IMG/VR virus record: IMGVR_UViG_3300032313_000668
Location: 1 to 64,000 of that record
DNA length: 64,000 nucleotides
Reading direction: 5' to 3' (one strand)
Origin: a virus
Under the pieces are notes generated by a model. That model was not told the origin of the DNA, did no database searches, and was given only the letters and a program-made list of their open reading frames with translations. A program made the translations under genes and the position numbers. Numbering within the stretch: the stretch's first letter is position 1; the number at the start of each line of letters is the position of its first letter. This document shows positions 46,843 to 57,600 of the stretch, piece after piece.

Positions 46843-48972
46843 TTAGTACTCGACTGCTGCAGCTGTTGCGCCACCTGTTGTGTCACGGAGAGCTGCTGCT
46901 ACACCGTTCACTGAGATGGTTGATGTGATTGCAAGACCCTCGATACCGACCTTTGCGATACCTTCGAATGTCTCAACGAACATCTTGTAGTCGTTAGTTC
47001 CGACTAGAGATGAGTCGCGGATGATTCCAAGGTCCAAAGTACCACCGTCAAGGAACAAGAATGTTCCCTCAGCGAATAGGTACCAGGTGAAGCTGTCTGC
47101 GAACTCAAGAAGTGCAGATGCACCCTGAGCGCCGTAGACGTTCTGGTCGAGAGAGTAGCTCACTACAACGCCACGAGCTGACAGGTAACCGTCAATCTCA
47201 CTGTAAGCGTTAAGTGTTGAATCACCAGGCATTGCAAGAGCAAGGTCAGCAGCCATAGCGTCCTTAACCCATGAAGGGATAATAACGCGTAGTGGAGCAT
47301 CAGCCTCTAGACGGTGACGTGAACGGTAAGCAGCTGCAGCGCGTCCAACCTGTACGAGGAAGTCGCGACCAAAACCGATTAGTGAAGAAGTTGTAACAGC
47401 TGTTGAAGCTGATGCAATCTTAGCTAGAAGGTTCTGCTCTGCCTCACGAGCGTGCTGGATTAGACCAAGCTCGTTGTGGCGTGCGATTAGCTCTGGGTAA
47501 GCGCGTGTTGCTAGGTTACCGAACTGTAGCTGTAGAGTTACAGCGTCAGTTGCGACGGTGTTTTCTCCAGCAGCAGTCACTGTCAAGCTAGCCTTTGCAG
47601 CAGGGTTTGGAGTTGTAGCTGCATCATTAGCAGCTGTCCATACGCCTACAGCGTCAGCATAGTCTGAAAGCACTGGTGGGGTGATGAAGCGGATTCCGCC
47701 ACGGTCAGCCTGGAAACGAGGAAGAGCATCGCGCACTGGGCGTCCTGTTGTTCCGAATCCAAAGATGTCGTAACGTGCTTCGAATGGTGCAACGTGTCCA
47801 CCAGCAGCCACAATGGCTTCTGGGGATGTTACATTGTTAATCTTTGCCCAGTTGGACTCAGCATCTGTTGTCAGAGTGCGGTCTTCAGGGAAAGATGTGG
47901 TGATAGATGCAACGATGTGCTGCTCTCCATCTCCACCATTTACACGACGCAAAGCGTGGATACGCTTTTCCATTGCTGATGCAACAGATGTCATGTCTTC
48001 TAGAGCGGAACCTGCGCTGTAGCCAGGAATGTCAGCACCTGCCGTGATTGCCACGGGTGCGGCTGATACCTGAGTAACAGGGCGGCGGTCCGCTGGGACC
48101 TCTGGAGTGAGGTCTGCGTTTGCAGCGGCGGTCACTGGTGCCTCCATTGTTTCCTGAGCTTCAGTTGTTGAAAGCTCAATTGTTGTGGTTTCTTTGTTTG
48201 ATGCTTCTGCATCTTCTGCAACATCTGCTGCAGCGTCATCTTCAGCTACTGCTGAGTCATCTGCTGCTTCATCTGCTGCTGGTGCTTCTGCTTCTTCAGC
48301 AGGAGCTGCTTCTACTTCAACTTCGGCTGCTGGAGCCTCGTCTTCTGCAGATGCAATTACTGGTGCCTCGGCTACAGGAGCCTCAGCTGTCTCGGTTGTT
48401 TCAGTCGAGAGCTCGGCGGTCTCTACCGCTTCTGTTGATGCTTCGGACATAGTTTTCTTCTCTTCCTCTTCCTTGTCAGCTTCTTCCTTAGATTTCTCTT
48501 CGGCTGGAGCTTCCTCGGAAGAAACGGGAGCGTCTGCAGCGGGTGCTGCTTCAGCTACGGGGGTTTCCTCTACCATTGGGGTTTCTGCAGGAGCGTCTTC
48601 CTTCTTGTCCTCGACAGGCATTTCTGCTGTCTCAGCCATAGGCATCTTCTCTTCTTCTGCAGGCATTTCCTCTGGGGTTTCGGAAGAGTCTTCTGAACTA
48701 TCTTCCTTTGCTTCGTCATCTGCCCCATGTACACGAGTAGCAGCTTCAGCGGCACGCTGAGCGAGCTCCTGAATTGCGGTCTCGCGGGTCTTGAGCTCAG
48801 TACGAACTGAGTCAAGCATGTCGGCAAGCGACGTCATAGCATCAACTGTCTGCGGAGTAGGCTCTTCGCCCTCGACCGATTCGAATTCGCTGACGATTGA
48901 CTTCTGAAGCTCTGCGACTTGTGCGTCGTCGAGTTCAGAGAGTGAATCCATCATCTCTTTGATTCGGTCCAC
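46843..48972 (-). CDS. major capsid protein with N-terminal scaffold region and acidic linker
   Basis: Helical N-terminus, E/A/P-rich linker, then AIVAAGG..AP.E..YDI, RGGIRF, YPEL and GTLDLGIIRDS.L..TNDY..F.ETFEG; AAGGAGG ribosome-binding site and GTG start. Confidence 0.88.
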   Translation of the reverse strand: MDRIKEMMDSLSELDDAQVAELQKSIVSEFESVEGEEPTPQTVDAMTSLADMLDSVRTELKTRETAIQELAQRAAEAATRVHGADDEAKEDSSEDSSETPEEMPAEEEKMPMAETAEMPVEDKKEDAPAETPMVEETPVAEAAPAADAPVSSEEAPAEEKSKEEADKEEEEKKTMSEASTEAVETAELSTETTETAEAPVAEAPVIASAEDEAPAAEVEVEAAPAEEAEAPAADEAADDSAVAEDDAAADVAEDAEASNKETTTIELSTTEAQETMEAPVTAAANADLTPEVPADRRPVTQVSAAPVAITAGADIPGYSAGSALEDMTSVASAMEKRIHALRRVNGGDGEQHIVASITTSFPEDRTLTTDAESNWAKINNVTSPEAIVAAGGHVAPFEARYDIFGFGTTGRPVRDALPRFQADRGGIRFITPPVLSDYADAVGVWTAANDAATTPNPAAKASLTVTAAGENTVATDAVTLQLQFGNLATRAYPELIARHNELGLIQHAREAEQNLLAKIASASTAVTTSSLIGFGRDFLVQVGRAAAAYRSRHRLEADAPLRVIIPSWVKDAMAADLALAMPGDSTLNAYSEIDGYLSARGVVVSYSLDQNVYGAQGASALLEFADSFTWYLFAEGTFLFLDGGTLDLGIIRDSSLVGTNDYKMFVETFEGIAKVGIEGLAITSTISVNGVAAALRDTTGGATAAAVEY

Positions 48973-49125
48973 TGTCCCTCCTTGGGCAGTTAAGTAGAAC
49001 GGAAACGTTCTATTCGCTGATTAGTCGAGGCCGAGGGACTCCGAGACGCACTGGGGCGTGGAGGCACTCTACCTGATTAAATAGTACATCCACCTGAAAA
49101 AGGTGATTGTACGATTTTCGTACTA
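48973..49125 (-). promoter_or_regulatory. promoter (-10 TACTAT) and structured 5' leader of the capsid gene
   Basis: TACTAT at 49081-49086; hairpins including TAGAACG-TTTC-CGTTCTA; a GTCCCTC segment complementary to the Shine-Dalgarno region. Confidence 0.5.
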
Positions 49126-49136
49126 ATTCTGGTTCT

Positions 49137-52100
49137 TTAAGTTAGAAGCCTGAGCAGCTTAGACATCTGGGAAGAAATCTCGGACTGGTTGTAGTAATCA
49201 GCACCAGACATAAAACCCTTTAAATCTTTAGTGGCAATATCGGCATCTTCTGAGCCAATCTTGTCTTCAACTTTTTTAATCATATCTTTCATCAAATCCT
49301 GCAAAGCAGGTGGGATATCCGAGAATCTAATCTTTGTAGCAGTCTCTCCGAAAGCGAATGGTAAGTTAGCAATAACTTTTCCAAGTTCTGCGGAGCTAGT
49401 TCTGATGTTCTCTAAAGATTCAGGATTCAACGCTTTTGCGTCCAATCGGTCAATAATCCCAATCAAATCGGCTGCTGCGTCAGCTGAAGCCTTGTAGTCT
49501 CCAGCATTATCAAGGTTTTCAGCCTCTTCAACCTTTTCTACGACTCTTTGTAAGCCTGAAGTTCCTAAATCTTGCTTTAGTCGAGCAAGAACCTGACGGA
49601 ACTTTCCTGAAGTGTCTCGTGGCTGTGTTTCAGGTGTGTACTTAACCCGAGAATCATCTTTTTTTGGGGCGGCTTTTGCTTCCTGCTTTAGTGCTTCAAT
49701 TTCCTCAGGAGTTAGGTCCTCAATGATGTCATCCACGCCAGCAGCGGTCAAAACATCTTTTTCAAAAAGTGCTTCTGAATTTGTAGATTTTGTTGCAAAT
49801 TCAATGCGCTCTCTTAAATCAGCAGTCATGTCATCAATAGTGAATTCAGAGGAGGCAACCTTCCAGTTTTCTGGGATTAGGTCGCGACGGTCTAGGGCAC
49901 GAGCCTGCTTCATAATGTGCTTGCGAACAGCAGCTTTATGCCCTGGCTTTGCACGACCATATGCCTGAACTGCGTTACGCAAATCAGAAATATTTCGGAT
50001 TGGGTATGACCCGTCCTTTAGGGCCTTACCTTCTTGAGCAAGGCGCTCGCGGACTCGACGAGAAACTACTGCTAGTTCTTTATCGGTGTCATCATCCATT
50101 ATCTGATTCATGTAGTCAGAGTCAGCATCAATATCTTCTTTAGTTTTACGGACTTTAGCTGCAAGCTCTGCTTGACGCTTAGTCAAAATTTCTGTGTTGT
50201 AAGATGCAAACTTTGCACGAGCCTCTTCAGCAGCAGCAAGCATTGGAGCCTTCTGAGCCATTTCGAGGTTGTTAACTTTTGCGCTAAGTTCTGCAAGTGG
50301 GTCATGCTTTAGTTGAGCAAGTGTTGAAGCACCTGCAGCAACTAGAGCCATAACCTGACCAGAGGCAACGCGAGCACGAGCAATTGGGAAGCCAGGAACA
50401 TTTACCTGACAAACTGCAACGAGCTCAAGGGCACCCTTAATTGGACGCCAGTCACCTGATGGAGCAGACGCACGAGCTGCACGAATTTGCTCGGGGGTTG
50501 TGCCAGGTCGTAATGAACCTGAAACCCAAATTCCGTAGGCATCTTCTCCTGCATGTACATCTGCGAATGCTGAGGCAGTGTCGTCATAGTGACGAACTGC
50601 TTGCTCAGCAGAGGCTTCAAGACCAGCGTGTCCGCCAGCCAAAGTTAGTTGACCAACTGGCACATCCGTACCATTTTCGGTACGTAATACTCCAGTGTGG
50701 AAGTAAGCATATTTGCTACGAGAGCGTGGTGGGCGAGTACCAAAGGCCATACCAATGTGGTCTACATGCCAAGCAGCAATGTGACCGAATACGCGACCAT
50801 CATCACCAATAGTGAGAGGAGTTGCCTTAGTTAGTTTTGGGTTGTCGAACCATTCTGCTGGTGGCTCATTGGGAATTGCGCCAGCTACCATGCCACAAGC
50901 AACAAGTGCTGAAGCATCTAGCGGGTTCACCCCGTCCACATATACGCCATCTGGAACTAGCACATCTTCCTCCTGTATCTCAGCGCCATCATTAATAATT
51001 TGAATGAAGCACTCTTGGAACGCTGGTTTAGGCACGATAGTTACCGCCATGATACGGGCGTTCTTGATATTAATTCTACCTGACTCTATTTTCTTTGTAT
51101 CTTCAGAATCATCGCCAGTAGACTCTTCTACAACCTCTTCGTCAGCCTCGAACTTGTCCATATCAGCTGATACTCCACGGATAAACCCGTGACGAACTAA
51201 GCGCTCTGCTTCCATACCGAACTGGCCCTTGTCAAAGACTCCATAAGCATTTCCTATGCCGCCATCGACTCGTTCCATGTGGGTAATCTGTCCAACAACT
51301 ACAGAACCATCGTGTCCAGCCCCTGTTTTGATTTGCCATAGGAGCGGTAGAGGCAGGTCACGCATTGAAATAGCGCCTGCTTCAAAGATTCGACCATCGC
51401 CAGTCTCAGTTCCTTCGGGGATTACCAAAGGAATAGTGAACTTAGCACCGTGTTCTGTTGGGGTAACACCTTCGCGTCCCACCATGCGAGATTTAGCAGC
51501 TTCAGCGCGAGCTCGGAGAGTGAACTCCCCAATAACTTGCTCTTCTGGCTTTAAAGTTTCAACTGCAGCAGATGCTCGAAGACTCTTCTTCTTACGTCCT
51601 GGATTGTTCTTGTCTCCAGGCCAAATACCAGTCATCTCCTTGTGGCGTAGAGCGCAGTAACCCTTTGAGCGAGGTCCCAAATACTTAGCAAGCTGTTTGT
51701 GGCATCTAGTCCAGTCTCCTGGGCTTCCCCAGCGAATCTTTAAACCGCCCTTACCAACTGTCCAGTAACGACGAAGCTTCTCAGCGTTGCCACGGTTGCG
51801 GTCAGCACCACCTGCAGCTTGGATTGAGGCAATCAAAGCATTATTAGATAGTGCAGCTGCAGCTGGAATACGAACTGAAGCAGTTACTGTCTTGCTATCA
51901 ACTTGCTTAAGAACCTCGCACAAATCTGGAGTGCTTAATACAACAACAGGTGGTGGTGTTGGGCTGTTTAGGTCAGCCATAATGCGGTCGTTGCGTTCCC
52001 ACTTGTTATTGCGACGAACAAAAGTAGCTGGAGTACTGCTCTTAGTGCTTGCTGGTACAAGAGAAACAAGTTCCATAACTGCACTTGGGTCATCTTCAGC

Positions 52101-54020
52101 AACAATAGCCATGTAAATTGGAGGAATGTCAGAAGTTTCTGGCGTAAGAGCTACGTCTTCTCCTGCAGCAGTAAGTGCAGCAAAATATCTCTCGTCAAAA
52201 ATCTTCTCGTACTGCGGACGGTCTTTTTTAACTTGGTCTGCAGATTTCTTTTTGTCATACCCTGGCTTTTCTTTATACCAGCCACCAACACCTAGATATT
52301 CTGGAGAGTCTTTTGAATTTCCAAAGTTTTTGTCTAGCCAATCACGAAGATTTGGGTTGTTATACATGTTTGCTGCAACAGCTGGGTTCCAACCTGCAGT
52401 GCGGTTACCAATTGGGTCAAATGCACCTTGGTAGTACTCTCCCCATGCTGTATCTAGAGGAGGGGCTTTATCATAAACTCTTTCTGGTGCTGGCTGTGCA
52501 ACATACTCGGGAGTAAGACGCTGAGCGCCAACAAATGCGCCCCAGTCATTAATAAGAGTATTTACAGCAGGAGCTGTCAGTGCTGGAAGTCTTCCTGGAA
52601 GCTGAGCAAGAGGCTCGTCGATAGGAGTGCGAGGCTCGCCAAGAATGCCTGAGAAATCAAGATTGTTTTGTGGGAAGTTAGCGGTTGAGACTGGCTCGAA
52701 GGTACTGATTTCCTGAGTAGTGTTACCAGGAACTTCAACAGAGGTTCCATTGTCCATTTGTACAACAACATTGCCAGTAGTTGGGTTCTGAGAGGTAATT
52801 GTTCCCTGTCTAGCGTAGTCACCGCCAATAACAACTCGTGAGCCGTTAACAGCAAATCGTCCTAGCTTGTCACGAACTTGAGTGGCAGCATTTGCTGCAC
52901 GCTCATCTTCGGTATAAACACCAGGAGATGAGTCTTGAGTGCTTGGAAGAGTTACAGACTCTGAACCAGCGGGTGCTGCTTCAGCGAACTCTGTGGCAGA
53001 AGCCATAAGTCCGTCTTGGTCCCAGTAATCTTCGTCTTCAATTGAGTCCTCGCTAAGCTGGTCCATAAACTTGTAATCAAGTTCTGGCATTGCTTGCTCA
53101 AAAAGCTCTGTCTCATCGAAATTAAGTTTGTGTAGGAAAATACTTTCCATAGGGTTGTTATCAAGCATTGCTGCAATTTGAACAGCAGACTCTCGGTCAA
53201 CAGGAAGATGTATCTTCTTTACGGTGTCGTAAGCATCGTCCATTACCTTGTCGTAAGTGTGGAAGTCGTGCTCAACGTTGCCCATGTCTTCCCAGCAACC
53301 GTCATCCCAAAAACGGCATGTGCCATCTTCATCTACTTTGTAAAGACGGTCGATTCCTGAGCCATCAAGGCGAATGCGAATAAAGAAATCTGGCTCATAA
53401 TCTGCTGGAGTAAATGAAGCGTATCCTGTAGTTTCTGCCATGTTTTCATTAACATAGTAAACAGAAGCAGTCATCCCAGCTTTTTTATTTTCACGCTCTA
53501 CGATTGCTGAGGCCCAACGCTCTGCAGCATCTCCACCCCAAAGTGCCCATGCAATACGTCCGTTACTTGGATAGTTATCTTGTCCAGGCTTGTAGCCCTT
53601 ACCCTTTTTGTCAACTTGGTGACGAGGGAAATACTTTGCAATGTGGCGAACCTTGCGGATGCCAATCTGTCCACCCTTAGCAAGAGTGCGAGCAGAGTTT
53701 AAACCTACAGGTGTTCCACCACGGTTCTCTTCTTTGCGCCATGCAAGACCGCGCTTTGCCTCAGCAATAACAGCATCTGGGATTGTGTACATACGGTCAT
53801 TATCGGAAAAAACTTTAATGTCTAGGTCAGTTACAGCAGCGTTAGCCAATTCATAGATATGCTTCGCTGGCTCTTCGTCAAGAACATCCCACTCTGCAGA
53901 GGCAAGCAAAGCCTGCTTACTCTGTACATTAACAATAGTGTTTGTAGACTCGTCTACTACTACACCTAATTTGTTAGTTGAGAAAAGGACCTCTGAACCG
54001 AATCTGCCTAGATATTCCAT
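49137..54020 (-). CDS. multidomain capsid maturation (prohead) protease polyprotein
   Basis: LVIPEG..TGDGR.F, LPL.WQ, GH.G..VVG.I, RGVSAD and V..PAF (~51000-51440); a second GRVFGH...SGDWR...VNVPGFP domain; extra head-associated modules (WALWGGD; PGDWTRC..GYCA.RH; DGSYPIRN..DL.NA). Confidence 0.8.
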   Translation of the reverse strand: MEYLGRFGSEVLFSTNKLGVVVDESTNTIVNVQSKQALLASAEWDVLDEEPAKHIYELANAAVTDLDIKVFSDNDRMYTIPDAVIAEAKRGLAWRKEENRGGTPVGLNSARTLAKGGQIGIRKVRHIAKYFPRHQVDKKGKGYKPGQDNYPSNGRIAWALWGGDAAERWASAIVERENKKAGMTASVYYVNENMAETTGYASFTPADYEPDFFIRIRLDGSGIDRLYKVDEDGTCRFWDDGCWEDMGNVEHDFHTYDKVMDDAYDTVKKIHLPVDRESAVQIAAMLDNNPMESIFLHKLNFDETELFEQAMPELDYKFMDQLSEDSIEDEDYWDQDGLMASATEFAEAAPAGSESVTLPSTQDSSPGVYTEDERAANAATQVRDKLGRFAVNGSRVVIGGDYARQGTITSQNPTTGNVVVQMDNGTSVEVPGNTTQEISTFEPVSTANFPQNNLDFSGILGEPRTPIDEPLAQLPGRLPALTAPAVNTLINDWGAFVGAQRLTPEYVAQPAPERVYDKAPPLDTAWGEYYQGAFDPIGNRTAGWNPAVAANMYNNPNLRDWLDKNFGNSKDSPEYLGVGGWYKEKPGYDKKKSADQVKKDRPQYEKIFDERYFAALTAAGEDVALTPETSDIPPIYMAIVAEDDPSAVMELVSLVPASTKSSTPATFVRRNNKWERNDRIMADLNSPTPPPVVVLSTPDLCEVLKQVDSKTVTASVRIPAAAALSNNALIASIQAAGGADRNRGNAEKLRRYWTVGKGGLKIRWGSPGDWTRCHKQLAKYLGPRSKGYCALRHKEMTGIWPGDKNNPGRKKKSLRASAAVETLKPEEQVIGEFTLRARAEAAKSRMVGREGVTPTEHGAKFTIPLVIPEGTETGDGRIFEAGAISMRDLPLPLLWQIKTGAGHDGSVVVGQITHMERVDGGIGNAYGVFDKGQFGMEAERLVRHGFIRGVSADMDKFEADEEVVEESTGDDSEDTKKIESGRINIKNARIMAVTIVPKPAFQECFIQIINDGAEIQEEDVLVPDGVYVDGVNPLDASALVACGMVAGAIPNEPPAEWFDNPKLTKATPLTIGDDGRVFGHIAAWHVDHIGMAFGTRPPRSRSKYAYFHTGVLRTENGTDVPVGQLTLAGGHAGLEASAEQAVRHYDDTASAFADVHAGEDAYGIWVSGSLRPGTTPEQIRAARASAPSGDWRPIKGALELVAVCQVNVPGFPIARARVASGQVMALVAAGASTLAQLKHDPLAELSAKVNNLEMAQKAPMLAAAEEARAKFASYNTEILTKRQAELAAKVRKTKEDIDADSDYMNQIMDDDTDKELAVVSRRVRERLAQEGKALKDGSYPIRNISDLRNAVQAYGRAKPGHKAAVRKHIMKQARALDRRDLIPENWKVASSEFTIDDMTADLRERIEFATKSTNSEALFEKDVLTAAGVDDIIEDLTPEEIEALKQEAKAAPKKDDSRVKYTPETQPRDTSGKFRQVLARLKQDLGTSGLQRVVEKVEEAENLDNAGDYKASADAAADLIGIIDRLDAKALNPESLENIRTSSAELGKVIANLPFAFGETATKIRFSDIPPALQDLMKDMIKKVEDKIGSEDADIATKDLKGFMSGADYYNQSEISSQMSKLLRLLT

Positions 54021-54277
54021 TACTGGCTCATTTCCGTCTTGTACTCCTGGACAGCGGACTCATCTAGAGTTTCTCCGCTGGCTTGGGCTTTATCAAACAT
54101 CTCAATGAATGATGGTTCTATTGTAACGACTAGAAAGCCATCCCATTCTTCAATTTCACTCAAAGTAGGGGCAGACCAATCGCCATTACGACGAATTACA
54201 TCTCCAGTTTCCTCATCATTTTGGAAAAGTGCAGCAACCTTAGAGTTGTCATCAATTAGAACGTAAAGACCTTCCAT
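54020..54277 (-). CDS. small acidic hypothetical protein
   Basis: TAATG-coupled on both sides; resembles a module inside the protease polyprotein. Confidence 0.7.
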   Translation of the reverse strand: MEGLYVLIDDNSKVAALFQNDEETGDVIRRNGDWSAPTLSEIEEWDGFLVVTIEPSFIEMFDKAQASGETLDESAVQEYKTEMSQ

Positions 54278-54627
54278 TAGATGTAGTCCTCTCCATACTT
54301 GGCATCCATAGCATCTGCATATATCTGCTCGTCTGCAATAAGGTCATCAATTTCATCAGCAGTTTCACCTTCAATAGGGTGTAGTGCAATTCCGTTGATG
54401 TTATAGGCAGCAAGAAGAGCCCATCCTTCGGGGGTTGTTGGTATCTCTTCTTCGGGTCTACTTAAAGTCAGTCCTTGAATACGGTCTTGGTCAAAGGCGC
54501 TAAAAGCTTCCTTACGACCCTCCGCAACAATATATTGTGCTTGCTTTTCATTAGCAACAATAGAGAACATGTAGTCCATGTCTCGAATAACATCACCGCT
54601 ATAGAAGCGATATACCTGTGCAGTCAC
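54277..54627 (-). CDS. small acidic hypothetical protein
   Basis: GTG start 1 nt after the stop of the giant gene; GGAAGGGA ribosome-binding site. Confidence 0.7.
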   Translation of the reverse strand: MTAQVYRFYSGDVIRDMDYMFSIVANEKQAQYIVAEGRKEAFSAFDQDRIQGLTLSRPEEEIPTTPEGWALLAAYNINGIALHPIEGETADEIDDLIADEQIYADAMDAKYGEDYI

Positions 54628-54628
54628 T

Positions 54629-57600
54629 TTAGTCCCTTCCTGTCATCTTGCGCCATTCATTAACATCAATAGCTTCAATTTCTTTTAGTCTCTGTATGAT
54701 ACGAGCCAACTGAGCAGGGCGCATTTGTCCTGGTTCTAATGACTCAAGATATTGAATCGCCTGTTGGATGCTCATATCTACAAGTTTCTTGTAAGCCTCA
54801 GCGCCTAGCTTCTTGGCCATTTGCTCAACAATAGCGCCACCATCACGTCCATAGCGACCAATTCTTAAAGCAAATTCCTTTGCATCATACATGTTTCGTG
54901 ACTTGTCATCGTTAAGAGCAGAAGCAAATCCGTGGTCGATAGGTATGATATGAGCATTTTCATGTCCGTTATCTCCTACACCAGCAGCGTCAATATTTCC
55001 AAACTGGAAATTAACGTGGTGGCGGTCAGTATTACTAATAACTGCATCCAAGATACCCATACGGATAGTGTCGATTAGGGTTGCTTTTTCAGCAGCACCT
55101 TCTGTGCGACCAATTTTGTTCTCGACATTAACAAATCCAGTAGCTGGTCCAGTTAGGCGAAGAGTGTCACCAGCAAATGTCTGAACTACAACACCTGGGT
55201 CAAGTTCGTGCACCTCGGAGAATACACGACCACCAATTCCAAGAGCAGCAGTAATACGAGCAACTTCTGCTTCGGCGCGAGCTGCCTGCGGAGTCTGCTC
55301 ACGTTTGAACATAAACTTCTGTCCAGTGGCTTTGTCAGTTACGAAGAAGTTCTCTCCGCTGTTAATACCAGTGCTTACCTGCTTGACTGTAAAACCAGTG
55401 TCCTGACCATCAATAACTAGGTCTCCATTTGGTCCAGCTTTTTTAGCTGCAGCAAAGAATTTTTTAGGCTCTATTGTCATTAAGCGAAGGCCAATTGCAC
55501 CTAAGTCATTACGCTGTGGCTGGTAGAAGTCACGTTCTTGATGAAGCGCTATTGCCAAATCAACTAGCTCTGAAGCAGTCTCCTTGTCTTTACCACTACT
55601 CTTTAGAAGCTCTGAAACTTTTTGTGCTACGGCTTGACGCTCGCGGAGGTCAAGTGCAGCCATTGGGTTAGCGTCACCATTGAAGAATTCCTGAATCTTA
55701 TCTTTGAATGGGCGTAGGAAAGGAGAATCTTCAAAGACTTTATCATCAGCGAATAACGCTTTTATTTTTTCTTTTGCTTGGAATTTATTCTCCCCCGCTG
55801 CAACGCGGTCTTCAGCAAGTGCAATTGGGTCAACTTCTTCTAAGTTAATTCCAGCAAATGGACGTATAGGACGCTCTAGTACACGACGTACCATGAAGTC
55901 TTGCATCTCTTGAAGCTTGTCTCCAAACTCCTTATACTTCTCATCATTGGCACCATTTAGACCACGAATTGCTTCGCTTAGGTTACTCATATCTGCTACT
56001 AGTGGGTCAGCAGCTGAACTTAAGTTATCGCGGAAGTTACGAAGATTATCTAGAGCACGAATTGGCTTGCGGTCAGCGTCTTCATCTTCATCTTTTGGAA
56101 GACGGTCGATAATTTGCTCAACTAATTTAAGGAAGTCATCCTTAGATTCCTTACCTTCTCCAGGCATAATGTCTTCTGGAAGCTCAGCGTTACGGCGAGC
56201 TAAGAACTTATCGCGGGCTTCACCTTTGAGTAGATTCTTTTTCTCAACTAGTTGGTCAAGAGCCTTCTGAGCAAACTCAGCAATCTGCTTTTCCTCATCG
56301 TTTCCGTATGCATTGACCTTCTCAATAATCTTCTGAAGAGGTGTGTCATCAAAATTCTTTAGAGCATTTTCGTCTCCATTAGCAAGACGTTCTGCAGCAT
56401 CGAGACCTTTTTGAGCATATTCGCCAGCGCGACGAACTTGACGGTCTGCATCAATTTCATTTGGCTGAGGAAGTTTCTCTTGAAGTGCCTTAAAGATATC
56501 TACAAGGTTGTCCTTGTCTAACTCAGCGGGAGTTCCAATAACTAGATTTTCATCAAATGGCTTAGCAAGACGTTTCTTGTAAGCAGCAAGACGCTGTTCA
56601 CGGAAGATAGCCTTGTTATCCTCGACTAGCTTGAGCATGTCCTCAAGCTTCTGAGCAATCTCATCTTGACGTGGGTCTTTACGACGACGCAATTGTTCAA
56701 TAGCACGTTTGATTTCATAATCACCGATAGTGTCTGGGTCGTTATTCTCTAGTTGAGCTCGGTAACTACGGATTCTATCCGCTGCACGATATAAATCATC
56801 GTCTGCATCGCGTTCTTCAGATGTCGGAAGAAGTGCAATAACTGCATCAAGTGCACCAGCAACCTTTTCGCGGTTTAGTTCTTCGGCATTTGCTGGGAAA
56901 GCATCATCTGCAAGTGGTTGATTCATACGTTGAATGAACTTAGCGTGACGAACTGCACGGTCAGCAAGAGCTTTTTCATTGATAACACCATTTAGTGCCT
57001 CAAGTTTATCTGCTAAAGCATTCTGAGCATCAGCATCAATTCCTGCTCTACGGATGTACTTGATTGCACTATCTAGATAGTCTGGGTCTAAACGGTCAAA
57101 GTCTGCTTCACCAAGACGTTCTAGTTTGTCAATAGCGTTACGAACATACTGACCACCTTGATATAAGTCTCGGTCAATGTCATAGTTTTGACGGTTTGGT
57201 AGACGGTTGTCGAACTCTTTCAAAACATCAATAACACCTTGACGATTTAGAGCATCAACATTCTCTGGGATAGCTACACCATCTATAGGATTCTTTAGAT
57301 TCTCGGCAATTGCATCTGCACGCTTCTTGCGAATCTCTGCTTTCTTAGCATCAATATTGTCACGAAGTTTCTCAAGCTCTGGAAGGATTTGAGCCTTTAG
57401 AGCAGGGTCAACAATTTTGCTTGCATAACGAATAGCATCGTTAATTTCATATGAACCAACTCGGTCAACTGGACCACGACCTAATTCCTCATTCAACTCA
57501 TCAATACGACGACGTGCCCAACGAGCATTGCGCTCTGCACGATTGTTGCGGAACTTGGGCATCTTTGCAGCAAGTTCACCTAGCTTGGCGCGAATTGCTT

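Noticed and set aside
48973-49136. tRNA or known riboswitch in the largest intergenic gap
   Set aside because: No cloverleaf or T-loop consensus and no riboswitch motif I recognise; kept only as an unclassified structured leader.
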